Below, one piece after another: positions 63,975 through 64,000 of a stretch of DNA of 64,000 bases; within the stretch, counting starts at the first letter, position 1; each line of letters opens with the position of its first letter. The position numbers and the translations under genes are program-made. This stretch comes from Lingula anatina (taxonomy: Eukaryota; Animalia; Brachiopoda). The stretch is from positions 16,554,001 through 16,618,000 of the forward strand of contig CM120640.1 in the NCBI GenBank assembly GCA_051362555.1. The letters are read 5' to 3'. Under the pieces are notes generated by a model. It was not told the origin of the DNA. It saw only the letters and a list, made by a program, of their open reading frames with translations, and made no database searches.

Positions 63975-64000
63975 CTGGAAAGAGAAAAAATTCATATTAT

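Overview
AT-rich, CpG-poor, intron-rich animal DNA. The repeat types and abundant ACATGTA motifs suggest a marine invertebrate, possibly a mollusc (inference). Most of the supplied ORF track is noise; the real genes are spliced and were rebuilt by hand from GT-AG sites and exon phase. (1) + strand, 179-1431: the last three coding exons of a probable FoxN1/4 transcription factor (acidic C-terminal activation region). (2) - strand, from beyond 64000 down to 8222: a large STAC-like gene of the invertebrate Dstac type, with an F-BAR/coiled-coil N-terminus, SMWKKAFKNLK and EIDPVY motifs, and a C-terminal tandem SH3. The two genes are convergent. The main points of interest are in the STAC-like gene: no C1 domain exon could be found; a 22-kb array of symmetric phase-1 cassette exons, three of which repeat an LNxRMKSxSxD-type motif; microexon candidates; and stop-containing alternative terminal exons that would remove the SH3 domains. 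The introns hold several PIF/Harbinger-like MITEs (one nested inside another), a perfect hairpin resembling a Penelope-type hammerhead, and microsatellites. All exon usage is predicted, not observed.
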